In this document: one piece after another, positions 36,443 through 51,799 of the stretch
How the letters are laid out: each line of letters begins with the position of its first letter
Numbering within the stretch: position 1 is the first letter of the stretch
NCBI RefSeq assembly: GCF_025526975.1
Contig: NW_026515688.1
Location: 372,001 to 436,000 of the forward strand
Direction of reading: 5' to 3'
DNA: 64,000 nucleotides
From: Fimicolochytrium jonesii
Taxonomy: Eukaryota
Notes under the pieces: generated by a model
Databases searched by the model: none
The model's input: the letters and a program-made list of their open reading frames with translations, nothing else
Told to the model about the DNA's origin: nothing
Program-made: the position numbers and the translations under genes

Positions 36443-37019
36443 TGTGGCGGGTATCTACAGAGCGTTGGCGAAGCGGGTTGAAGGGCTAAGCGAAGCCGTG
36501 GCGGCTGTTGCAACCTGGAGATATGGACCAAAGATGATGCTGTGTTCGTTCGTTCGTTCGTTCGCAGCCAGCAGTAGAGTGTGTGTCTGCAGAGCCTTGC
36601 ATGCCTGCAGCAGTTGTCGTCGTTCGCCTTTCAAGCCTAATCAAAAGGCAGCGGATTGCGGGTCCGCTAGTTTAGCACATGTTTAGCGACTGGCGCGATG
36701 GGCTCCCCATTTCTGTAAACAGTCCCGGACACGCGCTGCCCAGGAAGCAAGCTTGCCCCCTGCGAAACCCGGGTCTCGCTTGCTCCCCCACTCAGTATCG
36801 ATTTATTCGATCGCTTCTGCCCTATTCGGACCTGTATGTTGTGGTATTGAAGGTAAGAGTGGACTACTCTAGGCGGCTCCGGACGTCGTTACTCACCAAG
36901 TCCCCTTCTGCATGTGTCTGGGAATGCAGATACGTGACCCGTAACCTTGTCGAAGCCAGCCGAAGATCACGACCTCATCTTCTAGCAGTTTTCAACGGAA
37001 GAAGTGAACAGAATACGCC

Positions 37020-39380
37020 ATGGGTGGGTGACGATTTACCGACGGGCCGACTGTTTGCTGGCCGCAAGCCTTCCTCTCATGTCGAAACTTTGTGTTGCAG
37101 CATTCAATTTCGGACAAAACACCCAAAAGGCTGCTGGAGGGGCATTTGGAACCGGTACTCCTGCTCCTACATTTGGAAGCACAACGAGTGAGTAGAAGCA
37201 GTCAGTGTTTTTGGAGGCGTCTCGTCTTTCAGCATGTAGCTCCAATGCTGACGCACAATGCTGCAGCGGGTGCCCCTGCGACAGGGTTTTCCTTTGGAGC
37301 TCCAGCTGGTAGCACTGGAGGGTTTGCTGGGTTTGGTGCGCCGGCAGCCTCCTCAGGAGCAGGTCCAACAGCTACGCCGGCTTTCGGCGCTCCAGCAGGG
37401 GGCAACACTGCTTCGCCCTTTGGTGCAACTTCAACCCCTCAATTCGGATTTGGCACGTCGGCACCGGCTGCATCTTCGGCCGCGGTCCCTACGTTTGGAG
37501 CGACATCACAACCCGCAGGGACTGGCTTTGGAGGTTTCAGCGGCGGCGCCCCTGCGTCGGGCTTGTTCGGGAGCGTGGCCGCGAAGCCGACCCCTGCATT
37601 TGGTACTTCGACAGCCGCTACTTCTGCTTCTGCCGCCCCAGCACCGACGTTCGGAGCACCAGCCGGGGGAGCCACCTTTGGAGGATTCGGGGCGGCTCCG
37701 GCGAGCACGGCCGCACCACCGGCTGCTTTCGGGGGTTTCGGCAGTGCTGCAACGAGCGCACCCGCCGCATCAGGTGGACTGTTCGGCAGCGTTCCCGCGT
37801 CCACTCCAACACCTGGATCTCTGTTCCCTGCGCCGGCGCCTACAACTATGCCAGCGTTTGGTGCGCCTAAGCCTGCCACTTCAGCACCCGGTGCTGCAGC
37901 ACCTTCGTTCAGTTTTGGGGCCCCTGCAGCGACAACGGCAGCTGCGCCGGCAGCGTCAACTAGCATTTTCGGTGCCGCAGCGTCAGCCGGTCCACCAGCG
38001 GGTAACCTTTTCGCCAAGCCACCTGCTACATCCGCTCCGGCGACAGCATTGGGGGGGAATCTATTTGGTAAACCAGCTACCTCAAGCGCTCCAGCTCCGG
38101 GTGGGGGCCTGTTTGGGGCACCGGCAGCTTCAACTGCGGCCCCTCCAGCTGCCAGTATTTTTGCGACGCCGGCGAAGCCGGCTGCGGGTGGCGGTCTCTT
38201 TGCGCCAAAACCTGCGGACTCCAACCCCGTTACACCAGGGCCTCTCAAGTTGGGTGATCTAGCAAGTAGGTGTTTGTTCCGACTGAGTTACCTGACTGGC
38301 TCTGAAACTGACTTGAACTCTTCCCAGCACCGGCACCAGCAACCGCCGCCCCTGCACCCAATTTGTTTGTCAAACCCGCCGCCCCTCCTGCCTTTGGAGC
38401 TCCAGCCAATTCCGCGCCAGCCGCTTCGACTGCCGCAACGCCCGCCCAGCCTGCGCCCGCTGCTTCGGCAGCAGCAACTCCAAGCACAAGTACGCCTAAG
38501 CCCGCTTCAACGCCCTCCGCCGCAGGGATGTCAGCATTGAAGAATCGAAGCATGGAAGAGATCCTGAATCGATGGAATCAACAACTGGACCAGTATACCC
38601 GAGAGTTTCACAATCAAGCTGTAGAAGTGCAAAAGTGGGACCGTGTCATTCTCCAAAACAGTTACGGGGTGAGTACTCAGATCTTATGAACGCTGGCGGC
38701 ATCGTCCACTAGCTAAAACATTCCGGCATTGCCAGATTTCACAACTCTTTGACCAGCTCAACTCGGCCGAAGCCCTCCAGAAAGAGATTGACGACAGCTT
38801 GAGTTATATCGATTCGCAGCAAACATCGTTGGACAATCTCTTGAATCAGTACGATGAAGAATTGCAAAAGATATACTATAGCGAGAATACGTCACTACAG
38901 AACAGGTAACGATAATGGACCCTATCAAACTACCTTCCGACGTGGTTGACTCATTGTACGAATCTCAGGCATTCGCTCGCGGACGAGGAACGGGAAAAGG
39001 CCTACAAACTAGCAGAAAATCTCAACAACCACCTGGACGAGATGTCTTCGCACCTCTCCGTCCTCATCGAGGAGATCAACACGACCAAGAGCGCTGCGGG
39101 CAAGTCAGGATCTAACCAAGACAGCAACGGCACCAGGGCAGACAACCCGGTCGGATCCATCGTGCGCATCCTGAATGAGCATCTGTCGTCGCTGGAGTGG
39201 TTGGACAGCACCTCTGCGGAGCTGTCCCAGAAGGTCCAAGATTTGAGCAGGGTGGCAGATGAAGCGACGGGTCAAGCGGATCGGTTGCATAACACGCATC
39301 GCGCCAATGCCGGTGAATTTGGAGGGAGGCAATCGCTGTTCAATGGCGGTGCGTCGACGAGGGAACGGGTTCCGCGATAG
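37020..39380 (+). CDS. NSP1: FG nucleoporin Nsp1/Nup62; first coding exon is 4 nt (ATG G)
   Basis: MAFNFGQ start, long FG/GLFG/FSFG repeat region, then LKNRSMEEILNRWNQQL..FHNQAVEVQKWDR, DEEREKAYKLAE, IVRILNEHLSSLEWLD. Confidence 0.93.
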
Positions 39381-39587
39381 GGTAGAGGTTGAAAACCTGT
39401 GGAGCGCTAATGAGATTGTGGTTGATACCCATGGGGAATCCATGGATCCTTTTTTGCATATGAGTGTGTAATATCTATTCAATGTTGTATCTATGATCCC
39501 TTTCAGATTCATTTCCGAGGGCGTTCTGATACGGGGAAGTTCTATGTAACTGATTAAACTATAACTAGCCTACGAGAATCAACAAGT

Positions 39588-40652
39588 CTACAAGTCCTTA
39601 GCGTCACCAGTACGCCGTGGGTCAGTCACGGCCAGATCCTTGAGACTCTCCTCCAGCTTCTCCAGCTCCGTGTTGCGATCTTTCGCAACCATGCGTCCAA
39701 TATGTCCCAGGGCCTCCTGCCCTTCGATACCTTGCAAAGCCATCCGATATGCGACATCCAGCACCGATTCCGGCTTGCACTCCACATCGGGCTTCACGCC
39801 AACCCCCTCCCATCCACGCCCCAAGGCGCGGTTGGTCGTGCATCCGATACTGATGGACGCCTGGAGGTGTTTGCTCATTTTGAACCAGTGGCACGGATGC
39901 CCTCCGCCACCTGTGTTTTCCCCAATGACGACCGCACGGCCCAACGCCTGCGCTGTACCCGAGAACTTCTCCGCGCACGAGAACGTACGCTCCGAAGTGA
40001 GGACATACACCGGCCGTTTCGCCAAATACCGCGGGGCGGAAACGTAAGAGAACGTGCGCAGCTGTTGAGTCTTGTTGCTGGGGCGCCAGTACACGTCGTT
40101 AGTGTGGATAGCGCGCGGGACGAGATGCGAGAGGACGAAATCGCCGCATTCGCCGTCGCCGCCGAAATTGGCGCGCAGATCGATGATGAGCGCGGAGGTG
40201 TTGGCTAGGAGGGTGAAGGCGGCGGTGATCATAGGGCCCGCGACGGCGAGTGGGAAGAAGCCCTGGAGCTCGAGTAATCCGACACCGCCCTTTAGCACTT
40301 CGACTCGCTTCACGCCGTAATTAATCAGGCCACCGCCAGACCACATCTCGCTGATTGGGTCCTCCTCATCGATTGGCAAACTTTCTTCCACGCACGGCTG
40401 ACTATCCTCCTCAAACTCTTCGTTCTGGAACCTGACCCCCAAGTGTCCATCGTTGTTCACCGCAAGAAGGTCTTTGGACAAGACTTCCGCCAGTTTTGCT
40501 TCATCATCCACGCTTTCGTACGCGCCGGCGTCGAATTTTTCCTTGATGTGGGCCGCAATTTGCTCCCCGACGTCGGGAAAGACATAATGTTGGCGGAGAC
40601 GCTCGATAAGGACGCCCACAGGGGCCTGGTATTTGGTGGGGGCGGACACCAT
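39588..40652 (-). CDS. S41-family peptidase (IRBP-like subgroup), intronless, bacterial-like
   Basis: HYVFPDVG, DGHLGV, ALIIDLRANFGG, VYVLTSERTFSCAE, VIGENTGGGGHP, WEGVGVKPDV; likely start MVSAPT at 40652 (354 aa). Confidence 0.85.
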   Translation of the reverse strand: MVSAPTKYQAPVGVLIERLRQHYVFPDVGEQIAAHIKEKFDAGAYESVDDEAKLAEVLSKDLLAVNNDGHLGVRFQNEEFEEDSQPCVEESLPIDEEDPISEMWSGGGLINYGVKRVEVLKGGVGLLELQGFFPLAVAGPMITAAFTLLANTSALIIDLRANFGGDGECGDFVLSHLVPRAIHTNDVYWRPSNKTQQLRTFSYVSAPRYLAKRPVYVLTSERTFSCAEKFSGTAQALGRAVVIGENTGGGGHPCHWFKMSKHLQASISIGCTTNRALGRGWEGVGVKPDVECKPESVLDVAYRMALQGIEGQEALGHIGRMVAKDRNTELEKLEESLKDLAVTDPRRTGDAKDL

Positions 40653-41063
40653 CTTGTGAGAGTTGTTGTGGTGGGGTCGAGAGTTGGGGGGGACATGCAC
40701 CACCACCGACCTGACCACCGACCCCAGGACCCCGGTGAAGACTCGAGCCGCAACAGCCGCACCCATTTCATCAGACTGCGGCGCGAAATTTGAGGTGGAT
40801 GAGTCAGTCGGTCGCCCGCAGTCCACGTGAGCAATTGAATTATTTATTGCTCACACGTCCTACGCGTTACACGCAGACTTCGAGTTTCCGCCCCTCTTTG
40901 GCTCGCTTGCTTTCCCACTTCCATGTGAAAAAGCCCCCCGACAGCACTCCTGGATGTCTCACACTCGTAAACTATCGCCCCTTGCCCACGAACGCACAAC
41001 AACCCTCGGATCTGTAACCGCAACTGCAACAGCAAAAGGAAGTATCCACCGGGAGCCGCTAGA

Positions 41064-43963
41064 ATGACCGCTTCTGCAACCTCCGAGAACACGGCCGCCG
41101 TGGGCATCGAGACCAACGCGACTATCCGGGCTTACAACGCCCTCATCGGGGATAAAGTAGCGAAACGACCAGTCGTGCGGAGGACCAAATATGAGTTCGT
41201 CCCCACCCTCGGAAAAGATAAAACTCCCGTCGCGGTGTACTCGTATAATTGCTTGGAGAGCTTGTACAGGAAGAGCCCGCCGGTGTTTCCTACATCGGCC
41301 AGAGGCTTGTTCGTAGTTGAGAAGGGCCGAGAGGGCAGCAACGAGTGGAAGATTGTACTTCGCGGATATGATAAGTTTTTCAATGGTAAAATGCCCACTT
41401 TGACGCGTGCATTTCAACGAATTCGAGCCTGACTAGAGCTTTCCATTCGCTTCCACAGTCAATGAGATCCCAGCAACTACATGGTCACATCTAGAAAAGG
41501 AGACCCAGGGTCCCTACGAAGCCACTTTGAAGGAGAATGGGTGCATCATCTTTGCTGGAGCACTGAACGGCGACTTGATCGTTTCATCAAAGCATGCACT
41601 CAAGTCTGTCCGGACCCCGGGCTCGGATGCAGCCGACGAGAAGCCTGCGCACGCTGAGAAAGGGGAGGAGTGGGTGATCAAGCATCTCAAAGCAGCCGGA
41701 AAGACGCGTCAAGACTTTGTCAAGTTCTTGGAAGCAAATGATGTTACTGCGGTCTTTGAGGTACGAGCAACATCTGAACTCTTGGCGGTCGAGTGATACT
41801 CTGATGTTGTGTGAGGGCTGACACATCTGAATACCTCAGCTGGCCGATGACGATTTTGAGGAGCACATCCTAGAGTACCCACCAGACAGACGCGGACTGT
41901 ACTTGCATGGCATCAACGAAAACACATCAACCTTCAAAACGTGGAAGAGCGAAAGACTAGCCCCTGTTATCCGCGAATTTGGCTTTCGTCCGGTGGAGGT
42001 GAAGGTGTTTGATAGAATTGAAGGTGGGTCCGCATACATTTTGTGCGCTCTACCTGAAGGCTTCATCCTGACGTCTCAATCTACACGTCAGATGTGCGCG
42101 AGTTCACCGATTCCTGCCGGACTACGGGCTCATACATGGGCCGGGCCATCGAAGGATTCGTCGTCCGTTGCCGAACAGTCGGGCCCGAACCCTCGATCTA
42201 CTTCTTCAAGATCAAGTACGACGAGCCGTACCTTATGTTCCGCGAGTGGCGGGAATTGACGAACCGGGCCTTGACCGGGAAGGAATTCAAGTTCAAACCA
42301 CGATATGAGCTCACGCACAGCTACAAGGCATGGGTGGTCCGGAAGATTGCGGAATCGCCAGAGTTCTTTGCCGAATACAAGAAGCAGAAGGGGATCATCG
42401 CTGCTCGGAACTTGTTCTTGAATGACGTGGGGCTTGACACCGTCGGTGATCATATTGTTGCCGAGGCGCGCCGGACGACTGCGGAGTTTGCGAGTGGGGA
42501 GGCCACTATGAAGACCGAGGAGGAAATTGAAGAGGAGGAGTCCAAGCAGGTTTATACGGGTGGTAGGAAGGACAAGAAACATAATGGGAAGCCGGCTCCA
42601 CAATCAACGTCCGACGAAAAACCAGTCCGAGCAGAAACCGGGACTGCCGTCAAGACGCTCATAATCCCCATCGCCACAATCGGGGTCGGAAAGACCCTCC
42701 TCGGACGCATGCTGACACAGCTCTACCCGCGCCAATTCGGGCACGTTCAAAACGACAACATCACCGCCAAGCGGGCGCCCGCGATGTATGAGAAATCGGT
42801 TCTCGGGAGCTTTGGGGGCGGCTCGGAGTATGTTTACGCCGACAAGAATCACCATATGTTCATGCATCGGGCGGGCATCACCAATGCGTTCAAGGATCGG
42901 TATCCGAGCGGGAAAGTAGTTGCGCTGGACTGGCAGGTGGAGAAGCTGGTTAGGGAGAAGGGTGCGGAGAAGGTCGTTGAGATAACGGCGGAACGAGTTG
43001 AACAACGGTAAACAATCACATACAGCATATGTCCATGTTTTGATATACCTGGTTTGCTCTGGACTAACATACCTAACTTGCAGAGGCGAAAACCACCAAT
43101 CCCTAACACCCCAACGAACAGCCAACTTCCGCAGCGTAATCCGCAACTTCACCCGCAACCGCAACGCCCTCGACCGTAACGTCAAAGCCGACTCCCTAAT
43201 CGACCAAATCGTTCCCCTCAACATCCTCGACACACCAACACAAACACTTCAAAAAGTCATCACCGCCCTAAACCTATCCCCACCATCCGACGCCGCAATC
43301 CAAAAAGCCCTAGCAGCCGCCACAGACTACAAAGAAACGGTCGTCAAAACCGTCAAGGACACCAGCAACAAGCGGAGAATCAGATACTATGGAATCAAGC
43401 TGGACACGTCCTCCTGCGATATGTCCGCGGTCCTCACATCCCTCTTTGCAAAACAACCACCAGCGACGCAACAGATGTGGACACGGTTGAATGAGAACCA
43501 CCGGTTGGCGAAGAAAACAGGGTTTCACGTCACGCTCTGCATGGTCCGCAAGGAAGCCGAGTCGGCGGATGACAAAAAGGCCGCCGAGTTGAGCGAACGG
43601 TACGCGGCGCGGATCGCGGATCATGTGAAAGCGCATCCTGATGCCGAGGGCGGTGAGCAGACGGGGCCTGGGGTGCCGGTGACGGTGACGTTATCGGAAG
43701 TGGTGTGGGATGAGAGGGTTATGGCCGTGGTTGTGGATAAGCTGCCGGATGGGGTTCAGTCGGTGAATAAGGTGCCGCATGTGACGGTGGCGACGGCGTC
43801 GGAGGAGATAAAGCCGTATATTAGTAATGAGGTGCTTGCGGTGGCGTTCAAGAAGGGTAACGAAGGCAAGGGGAAAGAGGAGGCGGCATCAGCACCTGTG
43901 CGGAGATTGTCGTTTGACGCCCCGATCCAAGTTACCGGCGTTCTCTGTGGATTCTACCACTGA
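41064..43963 (+). CDS. TRL1: Trifunctional fungal tRNA ligase (ligase-kinase-cyclic phosphodiesterase); 5 exons
   Basis: ARGLF, RGYDKFFN, KENGCII, FEEHILEY, EGFVVRC, FFKIKYDEPYLMFREWRE; kinase ATIGVGKT, ADKNHH; 2H motifs FHVTL and PHVTV. Confidence 0.93.
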
Positions 43964-44242
43964 ACGGAAAGGGCACTAGCGTAGTCCCCCGTAATTTACT
44001 CATCTCCGGACGTAGTGATAGATTGCTCGACGTAATCTTAGATTCACACGAGGGAATACGGATTCTCTCCGAATATGTGAAACCGTGATTGCGAAACAAG
44101 TCCAGGCAGGCATCACATACTTAGGGCGGCAGAAACAAAAACTCTTGATCAGATTGATCGGTATACAGAAAGCATGTGGATGGTTGACTAATGCCTATGA
44201 CTAGGCCAAAACGAATGATTCCCTAACCCTACATCCTATATT

Positions 44243-46031
<1,789 letters not shown>

Positions 46032-46453
46032 GTTTGTGCGAGTAAGTGTAGGGTAGTATGCAAGTGCGGTTTGTGAGGTGCAGAGAGCAGTGCAGATGGA
46101 GGAAGCAGCGAGCGAGTGTGGTGGGAGCGAAAGGGAAGGCCAGCCAGAAGGCCAGCAGAATAAATGGCTTTGCGAGTGCCTTCTCGGTCACCACCGCGTC
46201 GCATCGATGGCTATCAGGAAGGACTCGGGAGACGACAGAGACTCCCTCCGCGCGAGAACTGGAGAACACACTCGCTCGCCTACCTGGAGACAACCCCCAC
46301 CAGAAAGTCGGAACGCCCCGGGGGTTCTGCGCTTCTGACTCCCTTTGTCGCTCACCCTCCTCCGGTCTCTTCCGAAAACAACCTTCGTGCCCATCTTCGC
46401 AAAGGAGAACTGGTTACTTGATCCAAAACGCAGAATGTGCAGAAGAAACAGTC

Positions 46454-47267
46454 ATGACTGCGCAACCCGGCACTTTTGTCGCTTTGGCACAAGCTACGCC
46501 AGGGTCAACTCCGGGCACCTCGCCCGGAAGTTCCAACGCATCCCTGTCCTCAAATGCCTCGCTCTACGGGAGTCGTCTGTTCCTTGTCGCTTACAAACCG
46601 GCAGGCTCAAGAAATAATCTCCTTTGCTATCCGGTAAGTTTCTCACAGTTCTTGTCTGGAGTGTATTCTATACGCTAATTCGCAGCAACAGGTCACAAAT
46701 CTGGGAAACACAGCCGTCTCGACCAAGTACCCTCATCCTACGCAAGTGTCGTTACGCTGCAATTACATTCCTCTCGGACGAACCCCGAACCATGAGATCA
46801 TCTGCATCGCGACAAGCCAGGGCTCCACTTTCAGCAACCCGTCATATCTGAATGTTGGCGCTCCTGTCACGATCGAACGTTCGAAAGTCACTACTCCAGC
46901 CGTCGGAGTTATTTCGGTTTTTGTTTCGGAATTGAAGGATATCAACCAATTGGCGCATCAAATCTGGACTGGGGCGGAACTTACCCGCCTGCTGGCGCAG
47001 CCAACAGCCATTTCAGAAACCGAAGATCACGCCGGGGACGGGGACGGTGCGGCAGATAAGAAAGATGATGAGAATAGGGATGGAAAGTTTGATGAGAAGG
47101 ATGGCGGGGCTGGAGTCGGTGATTGCAGTGATGGAAAAACTGCGGATTCGTCTGGTGGTAGCAGCATCGGAGCTAAAAAGCAGATCCCATTGGACTACGA
47201 AGATTTTCCTCCAGAGGATTTCACCGAGTTGACTTTGAGTTTTCTTCCCGCATCAACCTGCTCATGA
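46454..47267 (+). CDS. Hypothetical protein; 2 exons
   Basis: ATG 46454, GTAAGT...GCAG intron joins in frame to the 46746-47267 ORF; acidic C-terminus; no family recognised. Confidence 0.55.
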
Positions 47268-48881
47268 TTATATGTGTCGCAATCTTCGTCCATTTAGAAG
47301 GCACGTTAACCCTTTGAGTGCAACGTACAGTCTGTTGCCATAAAACAGGTCGCCCCAGAACCTGCTTTATGGCAACAGACTGTACATTTATAAATGGGGG
47401 GAGGTCACGTTGAGTGTATTGTTTCTGTTGATATATGAGTATGTCGCTGCGCCCCACGTACAGGTCTCTTTTATGCGAGAAGGTAGTGGACGGTAATAAC
47501 AATCAGATAGGGAGAAGTGTCAGTCGTGAACTGGAAGTTTTCACTTACCTTGAACGTTTTTCATGATCATAAATAAGGATTCTTGCTAGTCCCTGCTCTC
47601 AGAGGTCCCGCTCCACTGTGCAGGCACACAGGCGAATCCCTGGAAAACCCTCTAAAACTGTCTGTCCCACGCTTGCTCGTCCGCAAGTCATGAAACTCGG
47701 CCACATAACTCGGGAAAGCCTCAAGTATTTGCGCGCAAAACTACTGGATAGAGAAGCTAGCGAGACTCCTAGCGTTCGGCAATGCTAAGAGTGGTGTTGA
47801 ATTTGTCCAACCCGCAAGACGAAGCTGACTTCGAAATATGGCGCTAATGCTGTTGAGCTTCCTCCTGTTTTTCTTTGAAACCCAGGTTTTCCTTCGCCCC
47901 CGTTCATTGGAGCGCTCGCGTGGGGAATGTGTGAAGAGTTGTGGAGAGTGCTATTCGGTTCTCACTGTCAAAGGGACCTAGACCTGCAGTACCATGAACC
48001 AGCGGCGTCACTGTCGGACCTACAAGGGCAGGTGTCAAACTCTGCAACCAATGCTAACCACACGACCCCTGCACCCTTTCATGCGACGCTCTGGTTGTGT
48101 TTGCGGTTTTGCATAAGTCCGCACGGCACATTTTTTCATGACAACTGTAAACCGACAGCAAATGCAAGATCTTACGACGTCACGCATGTGCATCCTTGAT
48201 AGAGTAAGGACTTGTCCCATGACATTTCCAAATACTTGCTCTTTATATATACTAGTGCGAAGGAGCATCTCCCCGTCGACGCGGCTGAAATGAAAGCGGC
48301 CAAAAAGAGATCATCCAATGGCGTGACGGTCGCTTTGCAATGCAAGACACGGCGATGCAAGAAGATGCAAAAAGATGGATGAGATGACCAGGAACTAGTG
48401 GCGATGAAAGCTAGGACAAAACATGCTTGTCTATCACTTGCCCGCGCTCACCTCAAGCTCACCTCAGGCTTTCTCTCCCGCGCACTCCTACGGTCCAAGT
48501 CGATGTCACAAAGATCGATGCAAGGACGTACGCCCAGAAGCACTCGCCCGGCGGCGCTCGCACAAGAAGTGGTAATACAGGCACATTTTGCCCCTCCGGA
48601 AGCCCAGATAGCGGTGAGGGGGATAGAGCGACGGATTCAAAATATGATTCCTCTGCGTCGAACTCATTATCGGAAGCGTTGAACATCCCAACTGACAGGT
48701 ACATTCACGGTGTCGAAATCAATGAGATGACGTGACTCCCAAATCCCATAAACTTCCCAACTGCCTTGCGGTCAAACGGTTCTCCAATTTCCGTTGAACT
48801 ATTCAAGTTATCGCATCCTTTCCCAACCGAGTTGGGACTTAGAACCGTCCAAGTTACAGCGTCGCGTGCAGAGCAACAACA

Positions 48882-50734
48882 ATGGCACTCAGCCGACTGT
48901 GGGGGCGAGTCCTGCAGCCATGCTTTCGACATTCGATAGCGCCGCCGCTATTCGGAACGATACATGCTCGGCCTCGTGTCTTCCCACTGAGCCTGCCGAT
49001 GCCTCAAATAAGAAGGGAGACTTTCTTCAGCTTACCGACATCGAAAAAGGACGACCCGAAAACGCGAAGTACCCAGGAAACTCTTTCCGAAGAACATTCG
49101 AACACGCCGGCGGTGTCGTTAGGGTGGGACGTACCTGGGCCTGACGTTGCAGAAGAGTCGGCGGCGTTTGCTTATGAGGATATGACTACGATGAAGGATG
49201 CGCCGTGCGTTGGTATTTCCACCGGAAGGAACAGTCATATTTTTGCTGGAGGATGGCTTGCTTATCGACACGTCCTTGGATAGCACTCCCGTGAAGACTC
49301 CAGTTCCTGGAACTAAGAAGACCGTGAAGCTGAAAGCCATTGTACGTCAATTTGTCCGTGCTTAGCTTGCAGATGTAAAGTCGTGTTGATGTGTTCCTTA
49401 GATATTCGATAGCAATGGCGACTACGGCGACCCCGTTGAAGGTGCACTGTGATCACTACGGCATTAGGCGTACACGGCTCGTTTCTGACCGCATTGATGG
49501 ACGTGCAGGTGAATTCTCCAAGTTAAAGATTTGCGAACAGCATGGCCTGCAGCCTCGAGATATGCGAAAGATGGACTCGGTATATTCTGCCGGAAAGAGT
49601 GCTGCGATCCTGGTCCGCGACAGATCGATTTTGATCAACCTGCTACATATCAAGGCCCTGATAAAGGGTATAGATGCACCCCGGCGCATGCGGATAGCAC
49701 GAAGAATGTTTGCTCACCTCTTTCCTTGACAGCGGATATGGTGATCTTGGTCGACGCACCAGGATCGGAAAACTATTCTGAGTTGTTCCTACACGAGCTT
49801 AGCATGAAACTGAAATTTGATTCGGGGACCTACGAATTCCGGTAACTTACCATCACTTCCTTCGAATCAGCGAGATAGTGTGGCTAATCATTTCACACAG
49901 CGCACTAGAAACAATCCTCCTTAACACCATGGCGACGTTACATGCGGAGCAGAAGAAGCTGTTTTCGCGCGTAAATCAGACTTTGGCAGAACTAGACAAC
50001 CGCATTGACGAAAAGGAGTTGAAAGGCTTGCTGATAAGCCGACGAAAGCTGGACGAATCCTCTGCGAAGATTAATGCCGTCCGGGAGGCTATCAGCGCGA
50101 TTTTGAATGTGTAGGGTTCGAGTTTTGGATGGGACGAGATGTTTTCATCGCAACTTACCGACGCGAACAATGTTTGCAGAGATGAAGATTTGGCAGCTTT
50201 GTACCTGACGGACAAAGCAGCTAGTAAACCGCGTGCAATTGAGGATCATATGGAAGCCGAACTTCTTATGGAGCACTACCTCAACGCTGCAGACGGTACA
50301 TTTATAACAGTTGAAAAGCACATTCGACATAGCCACTGACTTTACCTGATCTGCTCATAGACATGGGCGCCGCCACAAGGCAACTCGCCCAGAACATTGC
50401 CGGCACGCAGGAAATCATCAACATCGTTCTCGCGGCACGGCGGAATCAGCTGCTTCACTTCGAGTTGATGGCCAATCTGAGTATGGCATGCCTGGCCTTC
50501 CCGACATTGGTAGCCGGGCTTTTCGGAATGAACATGCCCAATGGTTTGGAGACCTCGGTCGACAGCTTCTGGGTGGTCTTTAGTGCGATGATCGTGTTCG
50601 CGGGTGGGCTGTGGGTGATGACGCTCAGGAAACTTTGGAAACTCGCCCTTGAGGCGGGATACAAGAAGGTGCAAGGCGGTGTACCGTTACAAGGACCGCT
50701 GGCGAATGGGAGAAGAGGTATCCTCCTAAAGTAG
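48882..50734 (+). CDS. MRS2: Mitochondrial Mg2+ transporter, MRS2/LPE10 (CorA family); multi-exon
   Basis: Presequence-like N-terminus; HGLQPRDMRKMD, ILINLLHIKALIK, YEFRALE, DEDLAALYLT, RRNQLL, AGLFGMNM (GMN motif) and two C-terminal TM segments. Confidence 0.88.
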
Positions 50735-50979
50735 TGAACTCGCCGCCCTCGCTCTACTTTTGGCTACGTTGCCGTCATTCTGTACATAGCGCTCAACTTC
50801 CGCCCCTCGCTCCTAAGTGACATTAGTCCCTCGGCGTAGATAGTACCTCATTCGTAATCAAGGTTATTAGTTAGTCATAAGCGAAAGATGAGTGATTAAG
50901 TAGTGACACAGTTTCAAAATTGTTTCTACATGGCAGCTCAATAGATGATCGAAGCCCGATACACTTGGTATCCAGAAAA

Positions 50980-51799
50980 TCACCCCGAGCCGCCCTCTGC
51001 CGAGATATCTCTCGAGTTCATCCGTGCCCTTGCCTGCGCGAATAGGGCGGCCTGCATCTCTGCCAACTCCTCGTCGGTGTGTTTCGATTCCTTCTTCTGT
51101 GATCCTTTGATTCGCTCCTACAAGATATGCAGAGACAGATAAGCATATCCGCACTGGTCGTTCACATGGAAAACACTAGGTCATACCTTCGTTGACTTGT
51201 TATGTTCGTCAAATGCTTCTTGCACTTCTGGTACATAGCTCCCGAATCCTAGTTCCTATCCCCAAAATGTTCAGTATGCCGTTCCCCGCATGCGCTCGCA
51301 CCAATCCGCTGAGATGCCAAGAGTTCCTCACTTGTAATGCTTTGATCACATGCTCGCCCGCGATGGTTTTCTTGTTCTCTTTCTCACATTGTTCGTTGGC
51401 TGGACGCATACGTTTTCCACGTTCAGCCTTTATCCCTGTAAACACCATCTTCCCAGCATCAAACAACTCCTTCTCACCTTCTGAAGATATCAGGTGTATG
51501 AACTCTAAAAACCAGGCAGGGGTTACACAGTAAGATTCCTTCCACGCAACGTGTAGTGCACATAACCGCCAATTGCTTCAACCCACCAACACAGCAGTCC
51601 GCAATCAGATCCCTCGTCTCCTTCGCACAAACAACATCCGGAGGCATCATTTCATGGATCAGTTTCGTGACGGTCGCTAGAAAGCATACATGGTAAGTGT
51701 TTGGCCAAACGAACGGAATACGTACTCAAGTGGCAAACCTTTCGGTAATGAGAGCTCCTCGTCGGCGGCGCCGGTGCCTACATCGTAGTCGTCGTCCAT
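50980..51799 (-). CDS. NCB2: Negative cofactor 2 beta subunit (Dr1), histone fold; 6 exons
   Basis: Spliced: EELSLPKATVTKLIHEMMP..AKETRDLIADCCVEFIHLISSEANEQCEKENKKTIAGEHVIKALQELGF..EELAEMQAALFAQAR. Confidence 0.93.

Noticed and set aside
37258..38553. Long overlapping ORFs on both strands in NSP1
   Set aside because: Expected from GC-rich low-complexity FG-repeat codons that lack stops in other frames.
47300..48850. 1.5-kb gap with short ORFs
   Set aside because: No recognisable motifs, consistent splice pattern or repeats; left unannotated.
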